From the NCBI GenBank assembly GCA_902561585.1, contig CACEQK010000003.1, forward strand, positions 1,645-65,644: a DNA stretch of 64,000 bases, given 5' to 3'. The stretch is from an uncultured Pelagibacteraceae bacterium (GTDB lineage Bacteria; Pseudomonadota; Alphaproteobacteria; Pelagibacterales; Pelagibacteraceae). Both the position numbers and the translations under genes were made by a program. Under the pieces are notes generated by a model, which had not been told where the DNA came from, searched no databases, and was given only the letters and a program-made list of their open reading frames with translations. Shown here in pieces: positions 46,818 through 58,300 of the stretch. How positions within the stretch are numbered: the first letter of the stretch is position 1; every line of letters starts with the position of its first letter.

Positions 46818-47261
46818 ATGCCAACGTATACGGTAAAATATTCAAATATTAATCTTTCAAAAAAACAAAAAAATTCTATTGCTAAAGATATAACAAATAC
46901 TCATAGTAAATTTACCGGTGCAAATACTTTTTTTGCTCAAGTAATATTTCAAAAAAATGAGAAAGACTCTCATTTCATGGGAGGCAAATTAGTAAAAACT
47001 AAAGAAATTTTTTTAAATGGAAAGATTAGATCTGGACGAACATCAAAAGTTAAAAAACAATTAATTTTAAATCTAAGAAAAATTTTGATTAAGAATACAA
47101 AGTTGCAGAGTCATTTTATTTGGGTTTACTTAGAAGATTTATTTCCTGATCAGATGATTGAGTATGGAGAAGTTTTGCCTAAATCAGGACAGGAAAAAAA
47201 ATGGTTTAATTCGTTATCACCAAGTTTAAGAAAAAGATTAAAAAAAATGGAAAAAAGTTAA
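46818..47261 (+). CDS. Tautomerase superfamily, cis-CaaD/Cg10062 subgroup
   Basis: After Met removal: Pro1, His28, Arg70, Arg73, Tyr103, Glu114; TG..F.AQV, IWVY, QMIEYG..LP..G.E..WF. Confidence 0.8.
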   Translation: MPTYTVKYSNINLSKKQKNSIAKDITNTHSKFTGANTFFAQVIFQKNEKDSHFMGGKLVKTKEIFLNGKIRSGRTSKVKKQLILNLRKILIKNTKLQSHFIWVYLEDLFPDQMIEYGEVLPKSGQEKKWFNSLSPSLRKRLKKMEKS

Positions 47262-48331
47262 TGAAAATAGATGGAAAATCATACAAAACAATTTGGTTTG
47301 AGAACAATTTAGTTAAAATCATTGATCAAACAAAACTGCCTCATCAGTTTATCATTAAAGATTTAAAAACTGTTAAAGATGCAATTAATGCCATTAAAAC
47401 AATGGAAGTGAGAGGTGCTCCATTAATTGGCGCAACGGCAGCCTATGGTCTAGTTTTATCTATAATTGAAAATAATGATTTATCTTTTTTAAAGAAATCT
47501 AGTGAAGAATTAATTGCGTCAAGACCCACCGCAATTAATCTCAAGTGGGCAGTGGATAGAATGATGAAAAATTTATCTGGAGTAAACGATAAAGATATCT
47601 TGAAAATAGCTCTAGACGAAGCAAAGGCAATCACAGAGGAGGATGAAAAATTTTGTAAAAATATCGGCTTGAATGGTCTTAAAATCATCCAAGACATTTC
47701 TAATAAAAAAAAAGATACAGTAAATATTTTAACACATTGTAATGCAGGATGGTTAGCAACTATAGATTGGGGAACAGCTACATCACCAATTTATCATGCA
47801 CATCAAAAAGGAATTAAAGTTCACGTTTGGGTTGATGAAACAAGGCCAAGAAACCAAGGTGCAAACCTAACCTCTTATGAGCTCAATGAAGAGGGAATCC
47901 CAAATACGGTAATTACAGATAACGCTGGTGGAATTTTAATGCAAAGAGGTCAAGTTGATATGTGTATTGTGGGAACTGATAGAACTTTATCGAATGGTGA
48001 TGTTTGTAATAAAATTGGAACTTATTTAAAAGCATTAGCAGCAAAAGACAATAATGTTCCATTTTATGTGGCCCTTCCAAGTTCAACAATAGATTGGAAT
48101 ATTAGAGATCATAAAAAAATTCCAATTGAAGAAAGAAATTCAGAAGAATTATCTCATGTTGAGGGCATTGATAAAAACAATCAAGTTACGAAAGTAAGAA
48201 TATACCCAAAGAAGAGTAAATCAATGAACTTAGCATTTGATGTTACGCCCGCTAAATATGTAACAGGTTTAATTACTGAAAAAGGAATTTGTGAAGCAAC
48301 AGAAAAAGGTTTGAAAGGTTTATTCAAGTGA
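47261..48331 (+). CDS. mtnA: Methylthioribose-1-phosphate isomerase
   Basis: MEVRGAP, RPTAINL, THCNAGWLAT, DETRPRNQG, NKIGTY, AFDVTP. Confidence 0.95.
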   Translation: MKIDGKSYKTIWFENNLVKIIDQTKLPHQFIIKDLKTVKDAINAIKTMEVRGAPLIGATAAYGLVLSIIENNDLSFLKKSSEELIASRPTAINLKWAVDRMMKNLSGVNDKDILKIALDEAKAITEEDEKFCKNIGLNGLKIIQDISNKKKDTVNILTHCNAGWLATIDWGTATSPIYHAHQKGIKVHVWVDETRPRNQGANLTSYELNEEGIPNTVITDNAGGILMQRGQVDMCIVGTDRTLSNGDVCNKIGTYLKALAAKDNNVPFYVALPSSTIDWNIRDHKKIPIEERNSEELSHVEGIDKNNQVTKVRIYPKKSKSMNLAFDVTPAKYVTGLITEKGICEATEKGLKGLFK

Positions 48332-48972
48332 GTAAATTAAAATCAGAAATAATAAAATATTCTAAAAAGCTTAACATTACTAACCTTTCAGCTTTAAGAT
48401 CAGGAAATATATCTGTTAGAGCAAAGGATAAGGGAGTTGATGGATTTTTCATCACACCATCTGGTAGAAAATATGGTTCATTAAAACCTAAGGATATTGT
48501 TTTTGTTTCTCTAAAAGGTATTTATGATAAAAAAAAGTGTAAACCTTCATCAGAATGGAGATTTCATCAAGATATTTATGTGAATAAAAAAGAGGCTAAA
48601 GCAATAGTTCATGCCCACTCAACTTGTGCTACAGCCGTATCGACACATCAAAAAAGTATTCCAGCTTTTCACTATATGGTTGCAGTAGCAGGCGGCGAAG
48701 ATATTAAGTGCAGTAAATACGCAACTTTTGGAACTAAAAATCTTTCTAGAAATATTATTAAAGCACTCAAGAATAGAGCTGCATGTCTAATTGCTAATCA
48801 CGGTCAAGTTGCGTTTGGAGAAAATTTAGAAAAAACTTTTGAGCTTGCTCAAGAGGTCGAAAATATTTGCCATCAATATATAAATGCCCTAAGAATTGGA
48901 ATACCTAAAATACTTTCAAAAAAAGAAATGAAAATAGTTTTAGGTAAATTTAAAAATTATAAGAGGGGATAG
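48328..48972 (+). CDS. Class II aldolase (FucA/Ald2-like; MTRu-1P or 5-deoxyribulose-1P aldolase)
   Basis: SGNISVR, ITPSG, PSSEWRFH, HAHS, YATFGT, ANHG. Confidence 0.85.
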   Translation: MSKLKSEIIKYSKKLNITNLSALRSGNISVRAKDKGVDGFFITPSGRKYGSLKPKDIVFVSLKGIYDKKKCKPSSEWRFHQDIYVNKKEAKAIVHAHSTCATAVSTHQKSIPAFHYMVAVAGGEDIKCSKYATFGTKNLSRNIIKALKNRAACLIANHGQVAFGENLEKTFELAQEVENICHQYINALRIGIPKILSKKEMKIVLGKFKNYKRG

Positions 48973-48978
48973 TTTTTA

Positions 48979-50019
48979 ATGATCAAAGTTGGTGAGCACA
49001 TTACCATTGATTTTCTTGGTGTAAAAAAAGATTATACACCTGAATTTTACGAAAAAGTAATTTACAAAATAGCAAAAGCTGCGAAAGTCGAAATTTTAAA
49101 TGTAGCTTCTCATAAATTTGAGCCACAAGGATTTACACTAGTTGCTTTACTATCAGAAAGTCATTTTAGTTTTCATACTTTTCCTGAAAGAGGTGTGATT
49201 AGCTTTGATTTTTTTACTTGCGGAAAAGTAAATCCCAAAGTTGCCTTAAAGATTTTAAGAAATGAGATTGATCACAAAAGAGTAGTAACAAATACATTTG
49301 ATAGAAGTAGTGTTGGACTTTATGATGATATTTATAGCTCTCCAGGCCAAAAGAAATTTTATGTTGTTAAAGATGTTTTAGAAAAGTTTACCTCTAAAGT
49401 CGGTCAGTTTGTTGAAATAATGGATTTGGAAGAGTTTGGTCATGCATTATTTATTGATCATGAAATTCAAGTAGCTGAAAAAGATGAAAAAATTTATAGT
49501 TCCAATTTCTTTAAGTCTAGTTATGATTTAAGTAAAAAAAATAATAATGTAGCAATTATTGGTGGAGGAGATGGTGGAGTCGCTAGAGCATGTTTAGAAA
49601 ATAATTCAAATTATATTGATTGGTTCGAGCTAGATCCAGAGATTGTTGATGTGTGTTACCGACACTTACCTAAAGTTTGTTCAAAAGTTAAGAAAAGTAA
49701 TAAAATTAAAACTTTTTGGGGAGATGCTTTTAAAAGTATTAAAGAAATAGAAGATTCTAAATATGATAAAATTTTCGTAGATTTAAATGATGATCAATAC
49801 TGTATTGATCTTGCTAGAAAAAATATGAAGGGTTTAAAGAGAATTCTTAAAAAAGGTGGTGTGATTACTGCTCAAGTAGGCAGTTACGATAAAAAACCTA
49901 AACAGGTAGATAGTTGGTGCAAAGTTTTATCTAATAGCTTTGGAAATGTTAAATTATCAGGTGCTTACATACCAAGTTTTGACTGTAACTGGAATTTTGC
50001 TTCATCTATAATGAAGTAA
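48979..50019 (+). CDS. Fused pyruvoyl decarboxylase (SpeD-like) and aminopropyltransferase (SpeE-like)
   Basis: N-domain FEPQG..LLSESH.S.HTFPE...FTCG; C-domain IIGGGDGG, ELDPEIV. Confidence 0.82.
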   Translation: MIKVGEHITIDFLGVKKDYTPEFYEKVIYKIAKAAKVEILNVASHKFEPQGFTLVALLSESHFSFHTFPERGVISFDFFTCGKVNPKVALKILRNEIDHKRVVTNTFDRSSVGLYDDIYSSPGQKKFYVVKDVLEKFTSKVGQFVEIMDLEEFGHALFIDHEIQVAEKDEKIYSSNFFKSSYDLSKKNNNVAIIGGGDGGVARACLENNSNYIDWFELDPEIVDVCYRHLPKVCSKVKKSNKIKTFWGDAFKSIKEIEDSKYDKIFVDLNDDQYCIDLARKNMKGLKRILKKGGVITAQVGSYDKKPKQVDSWCKVLSNSFGNVKLSGAYIPSFDCNWNFASSIMK

Positions 50020-50816
50020 TGTTTCGTGTATCCTGTATTCAACTTAGATCAAATAATAATATTTATCAAAATTTAAAAAAAACTGAAAAATTAATAATTA
50101 GAGCTGTAAAACAAAAAGCTGACTTTATTTTAACACCAGAAGTTTCATCTCTTTTTTCTTTAAATAAAAAACAACTATTAAAGACTTGTAAACCAATGAA
50201 CAAAGATGAGTATCTGCTAGGAATTAAAAAATTAGCAAAAAAATATAAAAAGTGGATTTTAATTGGTTCTTTAATTATTAAAATTTCAAATAAAAAATTA
50301 GTTAATCGTTCTGTGTTGATAGACAAAGCAGGAAAGGTTAGAACTTACTATGATAAAATACATATGTATGATGTTATTTTAAGTAAAAAAGAAAAATATT
50401 TTGAGTCTAAAACTTTTAAAGCAGGAAAAAAAATTAAATCTTTTAATCTACCCTGGGGCAAAATTGGCTTATCAATTTGTTATGATTTAAGATTTCCTAA
50501 TTTGTTTAGAAAATTATCTAAATCTGGCTCTTTATTTATTTCTATTCCCTCAGCTTTTACAGAAACAACAGGAAAGCGTCATTGGCACTCTCTATTGAAG
50601 GCTAGAGCAATCGAAAATTTCTGTTATATCTTTGCCCCAGCACAAGGAGGCACTCATTATAATAAAAGAAGAACTTTTGGGCACACGATGATCATTTCTC
50701 CTGATGGAAAAATTTTAAAAGAGCTAAAAAAATCTGAGGGTATTATAACTGTTAATGTAGAACCAAAGTTATCTATAAAATTAAGATCTATTATCCCTAG
50801 TTTAAAACTTGATTAA
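50019..50816 (+). CDS. Carbon-nitrogen hydrolase (Nit1-like amidase)
   Basis: TPE, YDKIHMYD, ICYDLRFP (Glu-Lys-Cys triad), ARAIEN. Confidence 0.88.
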   Translation: MFRVSCIQLRSNNNIYQNLKKTEKLIIRAVKQKADFILTPEVSSLFSLNKKQLLKTCKPMNKDEYLLGIKKLAKKYKKWILIGSLIIKISNKKLVNRSVLIDKAGKVRTYYDKIHMYDVILSKKEKYFESKTFKAGKKIKSFNLPWGKIGLSICYDLRFPNLFRKLSKSGSLFISIPSAFTETTGKRHWHSLLKARAIENFCYIFAPAQGGTHYNKRRTFGHTMIISPDGKILKELKKSEGIITVNVEPKLSIKLRSIIPSLKLD

Positions 50817-51212
50817 TTATTCGTGCGATTTTACCTCTTTGATATTTGAACCAAGCACTATATTTATTTCTAATTTTATTTTTGCCCTTTCATCATTTGA
50901 TTTATAGACGCTTCTAGCTAATTCAATAAATTTATCTCCAAAATCTTTACTTTTCTCTGCTGCTCTTTTTCCATTTTCTATATCCCATAATTTTAAATTA
51001 ATTTCTTTTAATTTCTTAACTAAATTTGAAACTTTACTTTGATTGGGTATAAATTTTTGCACTGTATCATTAAGCGATAATAATTCTTTTTCTACATCAA
51101 AAAGTTTTTTTCTGTCAGAAATTTTGGCTTTTTTTATCTCCAGAATTGTGATTTTATCAAATAGTTCGCCTGCTGAAATCTCTGCTAATATTTTTTCCAA
51201 TTTATTACTCAT
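50817..51212 (-). CDS. DUF6165-family protein
   Basis: ISAGEL.DKITILEIK...N.KLWDIE...FIELARSVY..ND.R...GS.I.EVKS. Confidence 0.75.
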   Translation of the reverse strand: MSNKLEKILAEISAGELFDKITILEIKKAKISDRKKLFDVEKELLSLNDTVQKFIPNQSKVSNLVKKLKEINLKLWDIENGKRAAEKSKDFGDKFIELARSVYKSNDERAKIKLEINIVLGSNIKEVKSHE

Positions 51213-51220
51213 AAATATAT

Positions 51221-51787
51221 TTAATTATAAATAAAATTTTTAATTAATTTCATGCCTATTTTAGTACTTATACTCTCAGGATGAAACTGAAACCCATGAA
51301 TATTGTAGTTTTTATGCATTAACCCCATAACTGTTTTATTCTTCGTTTCAGCAGTAATTACCAAGTCTTTTGGAAACTTTTTACGATCGACTACAAGGCT
51401 GTGATACCTTGTAGCTTCAAAATTATTTGGAATATTTTTAAATAAACCTTTTTTTTGATGTTTAATTTTACTTGTTTTTCCGTGCATTAAATTTTTAGCT
51501 TTAATAATTTTACCTCCAAAAATCTGGCCAATAATCTGGTGGCCTAAACAAACTCCGAGAATAGGTATCTTTTTATGAACTTCTTTAACAATTTTTAAAC
51601 AATTTCCAGCTTGATTAGGGTTACCTGGACCAGGCGAAATGACAATTTTATCATATTTTTTTTTTAATATTGTGCTTCCATCAATTTTATCATTTCTTAC
51701 TACCTCAACATTTTTTTTAAAAATAGAGATGTAGTGAAATAAGTTGTAAGTAAAACTATCGTAGTTATCTATTAGTAATATCTTCAT
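51221..51787 (-). CDS. trpG: Anthranilate synthase component II
   Basis: IDNYDSFTYN, SPGPG, GVCLGHQ, QFHPES. Confidence 0.93.
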   Translation of the reverse strand: MKILLIDNYDSFTYNLFHYISIFKKNVEVVRNDKIDGSTILKKKYDKIVISPGPGNPNQAGNCLKIVKEVHKKIPILGVCLGHQIIGQIFGGKIIKAKNLMHGKTSKIKHQKKGLFKNIPNNFEATRYHSLVVDRKKFPKDLVITAETKNKTVMGLMHKNYNIHGFQFHPESISTKIGMKLIKNFIYN

Positions 51788-53245
51788 TCAATCTACCGCT
51801 CTCATTAAAGCTTTAGCTTTATTCACTGTTTCAGCATACTCTTTTTCAGGTTTACTATCCGCTACTATACCCGCGCCAGCTTGAACATAAAATTTCTTAT
51901 TTTTTATTAAAGCCGTTCTTAACGCAATACAGGTATCAAATTCACCGTTTGGAGTGAAATAACCAATGCCTCCTGCATATAGTTTTCTTTTAGTTTTCTC
52001 TAATTCATCGATTATTTCCATAGCCCTTATTTTTGGTGCACCGCTGACCGTTCCAGCTGGAAAACCTGATAACAAAGTTTCAAATAATGAGAATTTGTTA
52101 TTAAATTTACCAATAACATTAGAGACAATATGCATTACATGAGAGTATCTTTCGACTTTAAACTTTTCAGTTACTTTAACCGTATTTACTTTAGAAACTT
52201 TTCCAACGTCATTTCTTCCAAGATCCAACAACATTAAATGTTCAGCTAATTCTTTTTTATCTTTTAGAAGATCTAATTCATATTTTTTATCTTCTTTGTT
52301 ATTTTTTCCCCTTGGCCTAGTACCAGCGATAGGTCTTATTGTTACTTCTCCCCCTCTCAGTCTTACTAATATTTCTGGGCTGCTACCCAGTATGTTAAAA
52401 TCTTTATAGTTAAAATAAAACATAAAAGGTGAGGGGTTAGATTTTCTTAAATGATTATAAATTTCTATTGGTGTTTTATTTATTTTTCTTTCAAATCTTT
52501 GACTTAAAACAACTTGAAAAATATCTCCTTTTTTAATGTATGTTTTTGCTTTTTTAACAAGGGATTTAAATTTTTCTTTAGAAGTATTTGATTTAATTAA
52601 ATTTTTATTAGGTTTTAATGAAAATTGTTCTGGAAGCTTAATGTTTTCAAAATCTTCATACAAATCAAATCTCTTGTTTATTGAATGGTATTCTTCTTCA
52701 TAATTTTTTATTTTTGTATCTGCATAAACGTTTTCCACATAAAAAATCTTTTTTTTTACGTTATCGTAAATAATCAAATTTTTAGGTCTAGATAATCTAA
52801 CATCAGGAATTTTAAGGTCATCTTTACAATTATTTGGAATTTTTTCTATATAACGAATAACATCATAAGAAAAATAACCTACAAGCATCGAAGACATAGA
52901 AGGTAATTGATTTGGAATTTTAATCTTAAACTCTTTTATAAGTTTATTAATATATTTTAGTGGTACAGATTTAATTTTAGTTTTTTTACCTGAACTATTA
53001 AGTGTAATTATATTTTTATTAATATCCCATATTTTATCAGGATTGAGACCAATTATAGTATAACGACCTTTGATTGTACCTTTTTCGACTGACTCAAAGA
53101 TAAAGCTATTTTTTTCAGCTAAAAGAAATCTAAATAAGTTTTCGATCTTATAATATTGATTACAAGATTTTGCTCTAAATAAAATTTGATGTTTTTTTTT
53201 AGAATGATTGCTTTTAAATTCTCTAAAACTTAAATTTAACTTCAT
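51788..53245 (-). CDS. trpE: Anthranilate synthase component I
   Basis: GDIFQVVLSQR, NPSP, PIAGTRPRG, EHLMLLDLGRND, PAGTVSGAPK. Confidence 0.93.
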   Translation of the reverse strand: MKLNLSFREFKSNHSKKKHQILFRAKSCNQYYKIENLFRFLLAEKNSFIFESVEKGTIKGRYTIIGLNPDKIWDINKNIITLNSSGKKTKIKSVPLKYINKLIKEFKIKIPNQLPSMSSMLVGYFSYDVIRYIEKIPNNCKDDLKIPDVRLSRPKNLIIYDNVKKKIFYVENVYADTKIKNYEEEYHSINKRFDLYEDFENIKLPEQFSLKPNKNLIKSNTSKEKFKSLVKKAKTYIKKGDIFQVVLSQRFERKINKTPIEIYNHLRKSNPSPFMFYFNYKDFNILGSSPEILVRLRGGEVTIRPIAGTRPRGKNNKEDKKYELDLLKDKKELAEHLMLLDLGRNDVGKVSKVNTVKVTEKFKVERYSHVMHIVSNVIGKFNNKFSLFETLLSGFPAGTVSGAPKIRAMEIIDELEKTKRKLYAGGIGYFTPNGEFDTCIALRTALIKNKKFYVQAGAGIVADSKPEKEYAETVNKAKALMRAVD

Positions 53246-54699
53246 TAAAATGAATTTTTAACACGATCTATAGTTCTTTGATTTATCTCAACCTTATACC
53301 TCTGATTAGCATTTTCATCATATGATTGATAGATTTTGTTTATCAAGTTCAAACGTGCCCTAGCTTCGTATTGCTCAAATTCATTACCTTTTTTATCTAG
53401 TTTTTTATATTCTGTATTTTTTATCGATATTAAAAAACTTTTTGTGAGTGTGCTATTAGTAATAAGATTAATATCTCCATCTTTAATTAAGAAAATTCTT
53501 TTTACTAGACCTTCATCAAAAACATCGTTTTGTTTTATATTAGAGATTTTATAATCTTTAACTAGCAATCCATTATCATCGGCAAATTTTTTAAAATTAT
53601 CACCATCAAAAGCACCTAAGCTTATATCTTTAGCTAATGATGTATTGCTATCTATTTTTTCTTTAAAGCTTAATTGAGCATTAAGTGCTTCTAAAACCTC
53701 AGGATCGTTTATTGGTCTATTTTTTTTCTCTTCATCTTTAATTTCTGCTAAGTAATATTTACTTTCTAGATTAATTACTTCAGGTGATTGAGATGTTTTA
53801 ATATTATAAATTTTATTAAAAAGATTATCTGGTAAATTTTCTATTTTCTTTTTTTCTTCATTTTCTTTTTTTGCATTTATTTTATTAAATTCTATAATTT
53901 TTAAGTTATAAGCTTTTGCAGTTTCCTCAAATGATTGTCCATCTAAAACATTGTTTTCAATAATATCTAACTGCTTGAAAAAATTCTCATTATAATCTTG
54001 GCTACCACTAATTAATTCTGGTTTAATTTCTGCGTATCTAATTGATTTAAGTTCTGTAAAAAATACATTTTTGTTTCTTTCATAGAGCTCTTTAATACTG
54101 TCTTGTGATGGTTTTTTCTTTAAGTGGTATTTTTCTAAATCTATATATTGAATTGTTTTTGTTTGATTTTCTTTTCTAAATTCTTTTTCAACTAAAATAT
54201 CAGGGATTACTATTCCTCCTGCTAATGAACTTAAAAATTGTCTTCTTTTCTCCTGTTCAACAATGTTAGCTTCAAATTGCGGTGCAGTTATTCCGCTTTT
54301 AATTAAAAATTTTTCGTACTCAGTTCTTGAAAATTTATCATCTTTAAAAAATGATTTATCATTTTTAATAATATCTCTTAGAGCATTGTCGCTAACTACA
54401 ACACCAAGTTTTTCTATTTCTAACGACATCACTTTTTTTCCAATATAATCAGACAAAATTTGTTCAACGAGATCTGTTTTTGATAAATTTTTTACCTGTT
54501 CTTCATTTAAAGTAAGACGGTTAATATAATTTACAAATTCCTGCGTACTAATTTTATTTGAGTCCACAGTTGCAACTACATTTTGATTTCCGCCTCTAAA
54601 TAGATCTCCCATCCCCCAGAAGACAAAAGGCAAAATAATAATTCCAACTAGAAGCTTAAGAAAAAAAGATTTTGATAATTTACCTATTGATGTTGCCAT
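53245..54699 (-). CDS. PpiD/SurA N-terminal-domain periplasmic chaperone
   Basis: N-terminal TM (PFVFWG), VATV..KI...F, F....Y..FL; conserved position between trpE and tpiA. Confidence 0.75.
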   Translation of the reverse strand: MATSIGKLSKSFFLKLLVGIIILPFVFWGMGDLFRGGNQNVVATVDSNKISTQEFVNYINRLTLNEEQVKNLSKTDLVEQILSDYIGKKVMSLEIEKLGVVVSDNALRDIIKNDKSFFKDDKFSRTEYEKFLIKSGITAPQFEANIVEQEKRRQFLSSLAGGIVIPDILVEKEFRKENQTKTIQYIDLEKYHLKKKPSQDSIKELYERNKNVFFTELKSIRYAEIKPELISGSQDYNENFFKQLDIIENNVLDGQSFEETAKAYNLKIIEFNKINAKKENEEKKKIENLPDNLFNKIYNIKTSQSPEVINLESKYYLAEIKDEEKKNRPINDPEVLEALNAQLSFKEKIDSNTSLAKDISLGAFDGDNFKKFADDNGLLVKDYKISNIKQNDVFDEGLVKRIFLIKDGDINLITNSTLTKSFLISIKNTEYKKLDKKGNEFEQYEARARLNLINKIYQSYDENANQRYKVEINQRTIDRVKNSF

Positions 54700-54762
54700 T
54701 ATATTAATTTATTAAGTTCAAAATTATACACCTATAGATTAAAATTTAAACTAAGGCAAATT

Positions 54763-55506
54763 ATGAAATATTTTATTGGAAATTGGAAAATGTTTGGTGT
54801 ACCAACATCTATCGGTATTCTTAACAAAATTAATTCATACTATTCTAAAGACAAAAATAGAAACAAATACAGAGTTATAATTACCCCTCCGTACACGCTA
54901 ATTGAGAGTTATTCTAAATATTTCAAAAACAAGAAAATTTCAATAGGTGCGCAAAACTGTTATCAGAAAGAAAAATTCTCCTCTAATACTGCAGCTGTAA
55001 GCCCTTATATGCTAAAAAGCGTCGGTGCTAAATATACTTTAGTAGGACATTCGGATAATAGAGGCGAAGGAGACACTAATACAATGCTCAAAGATAAAGT
55101 TAGATATGCTTTGAAAAATAATTTGAAAGTAGTTTTTTGCATTGGTGAAAACAAAAAAGAGAAAAAAAATAAAAAAACACTTAGTGTTTTAAAAAAGCAA
55201 TTGACAAAGGTGTTAGAAAGAAAATTTAATAAGAATAATATAATAGTTGCTTATGAGCCTATTTGGTCAATTGGCACTGGAAAAATTCCAACTGCAGATG
55301 AATTAAAAAAAACTACAACTCATATTAAAAAAGTTTTAAAGGGAATATTTAAAATAAATAGTCCAGCAGTGCTTTATGGCGGCTCTGTAGATGGCAGCAA
55401 TGTTGAGATGTTTAAAGAAATTAGAGAAATAGATGGTTTTTTAATAGGCGGGGCTTCAAAAACTTCTAAAAAATTTATTGATATAATAAAGAATTACTAT
55501 AGATAA
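54763..55506 (+). CDS. tpiA: Triosephosphate isomerase
   Basis: GNWKM, GHSD, AYEPIWSIGTG, LYGGSV, GFLIGGAS. Confidence 0.93.
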   Translation: MKYFIGNWKMFGVPTSIGILNKINSYYSKDKNRNKYRVIITPPYTLIESYSKYFKNKKISIGAQNCYQKEKFSSNTAAVSPYMLKSVGAKYTLVGHSDNRGEGDTNTMLKDKVRYALKNNLKVVFCIGENKKEKKNKKTLSVLKKQLTKVLERKFNKNNIIVAYEPIWSIGTGKIPTADELKKTTTHIKKVLKGIFKINSPAVLYGGSVDGSNVEMFKEIREIDGFLIGGASKTSKKFIDIIKNYYR

Positions 55507-55511
55507 GCACC

Positions 55512-55811
55512 ATGGAAAGCCTACTAATCTTTGTTAACATTATTCTAGCAATAATATTAGTTATAATTATTCTTCTTCAAAGATCCGAAGGTGGAGCTTT
55601 AGGTTTAGGTGTTTCACAGGATAATTTCACGTCAGCAAGATCGGTAGGAACTTTTTTAACAAAATTTACATCAATAGTTGCTGCATTATTCATAATTTGT
55701 AGTATTGCAATAGTTGCTATTTCACGAGATGAATTTCGTGAAACACAATCAGTTCTTGAAAAAGAGGAAGAAGAAAATTCAAACCTTCCACAGATACCAC
55801 AATCGAAGTAA
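55512..55811 (+). CDS. secG: Preprotein translocase subunit SecG
   Basis: ILLQRSEGGALG...LTK.T; located between tpiA and pyrG. Confidence 0.9.
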   Translation: MESLLIFVNIILAIILVIIILLQRSEGGALGLGVSQDNFTSARSVGTFLTKFTSIVAALFIICSIAIVAISRDEFRETQSVLEKEEEENSNLPQIPQSK

Positions 55812-55846
55812 TTAAGACTTTGTATTTAACATGATATAAAGTATAA

Positions 55847-58296
<2,450 letters not shown>

Positions 58297-58300
58297 AAAA

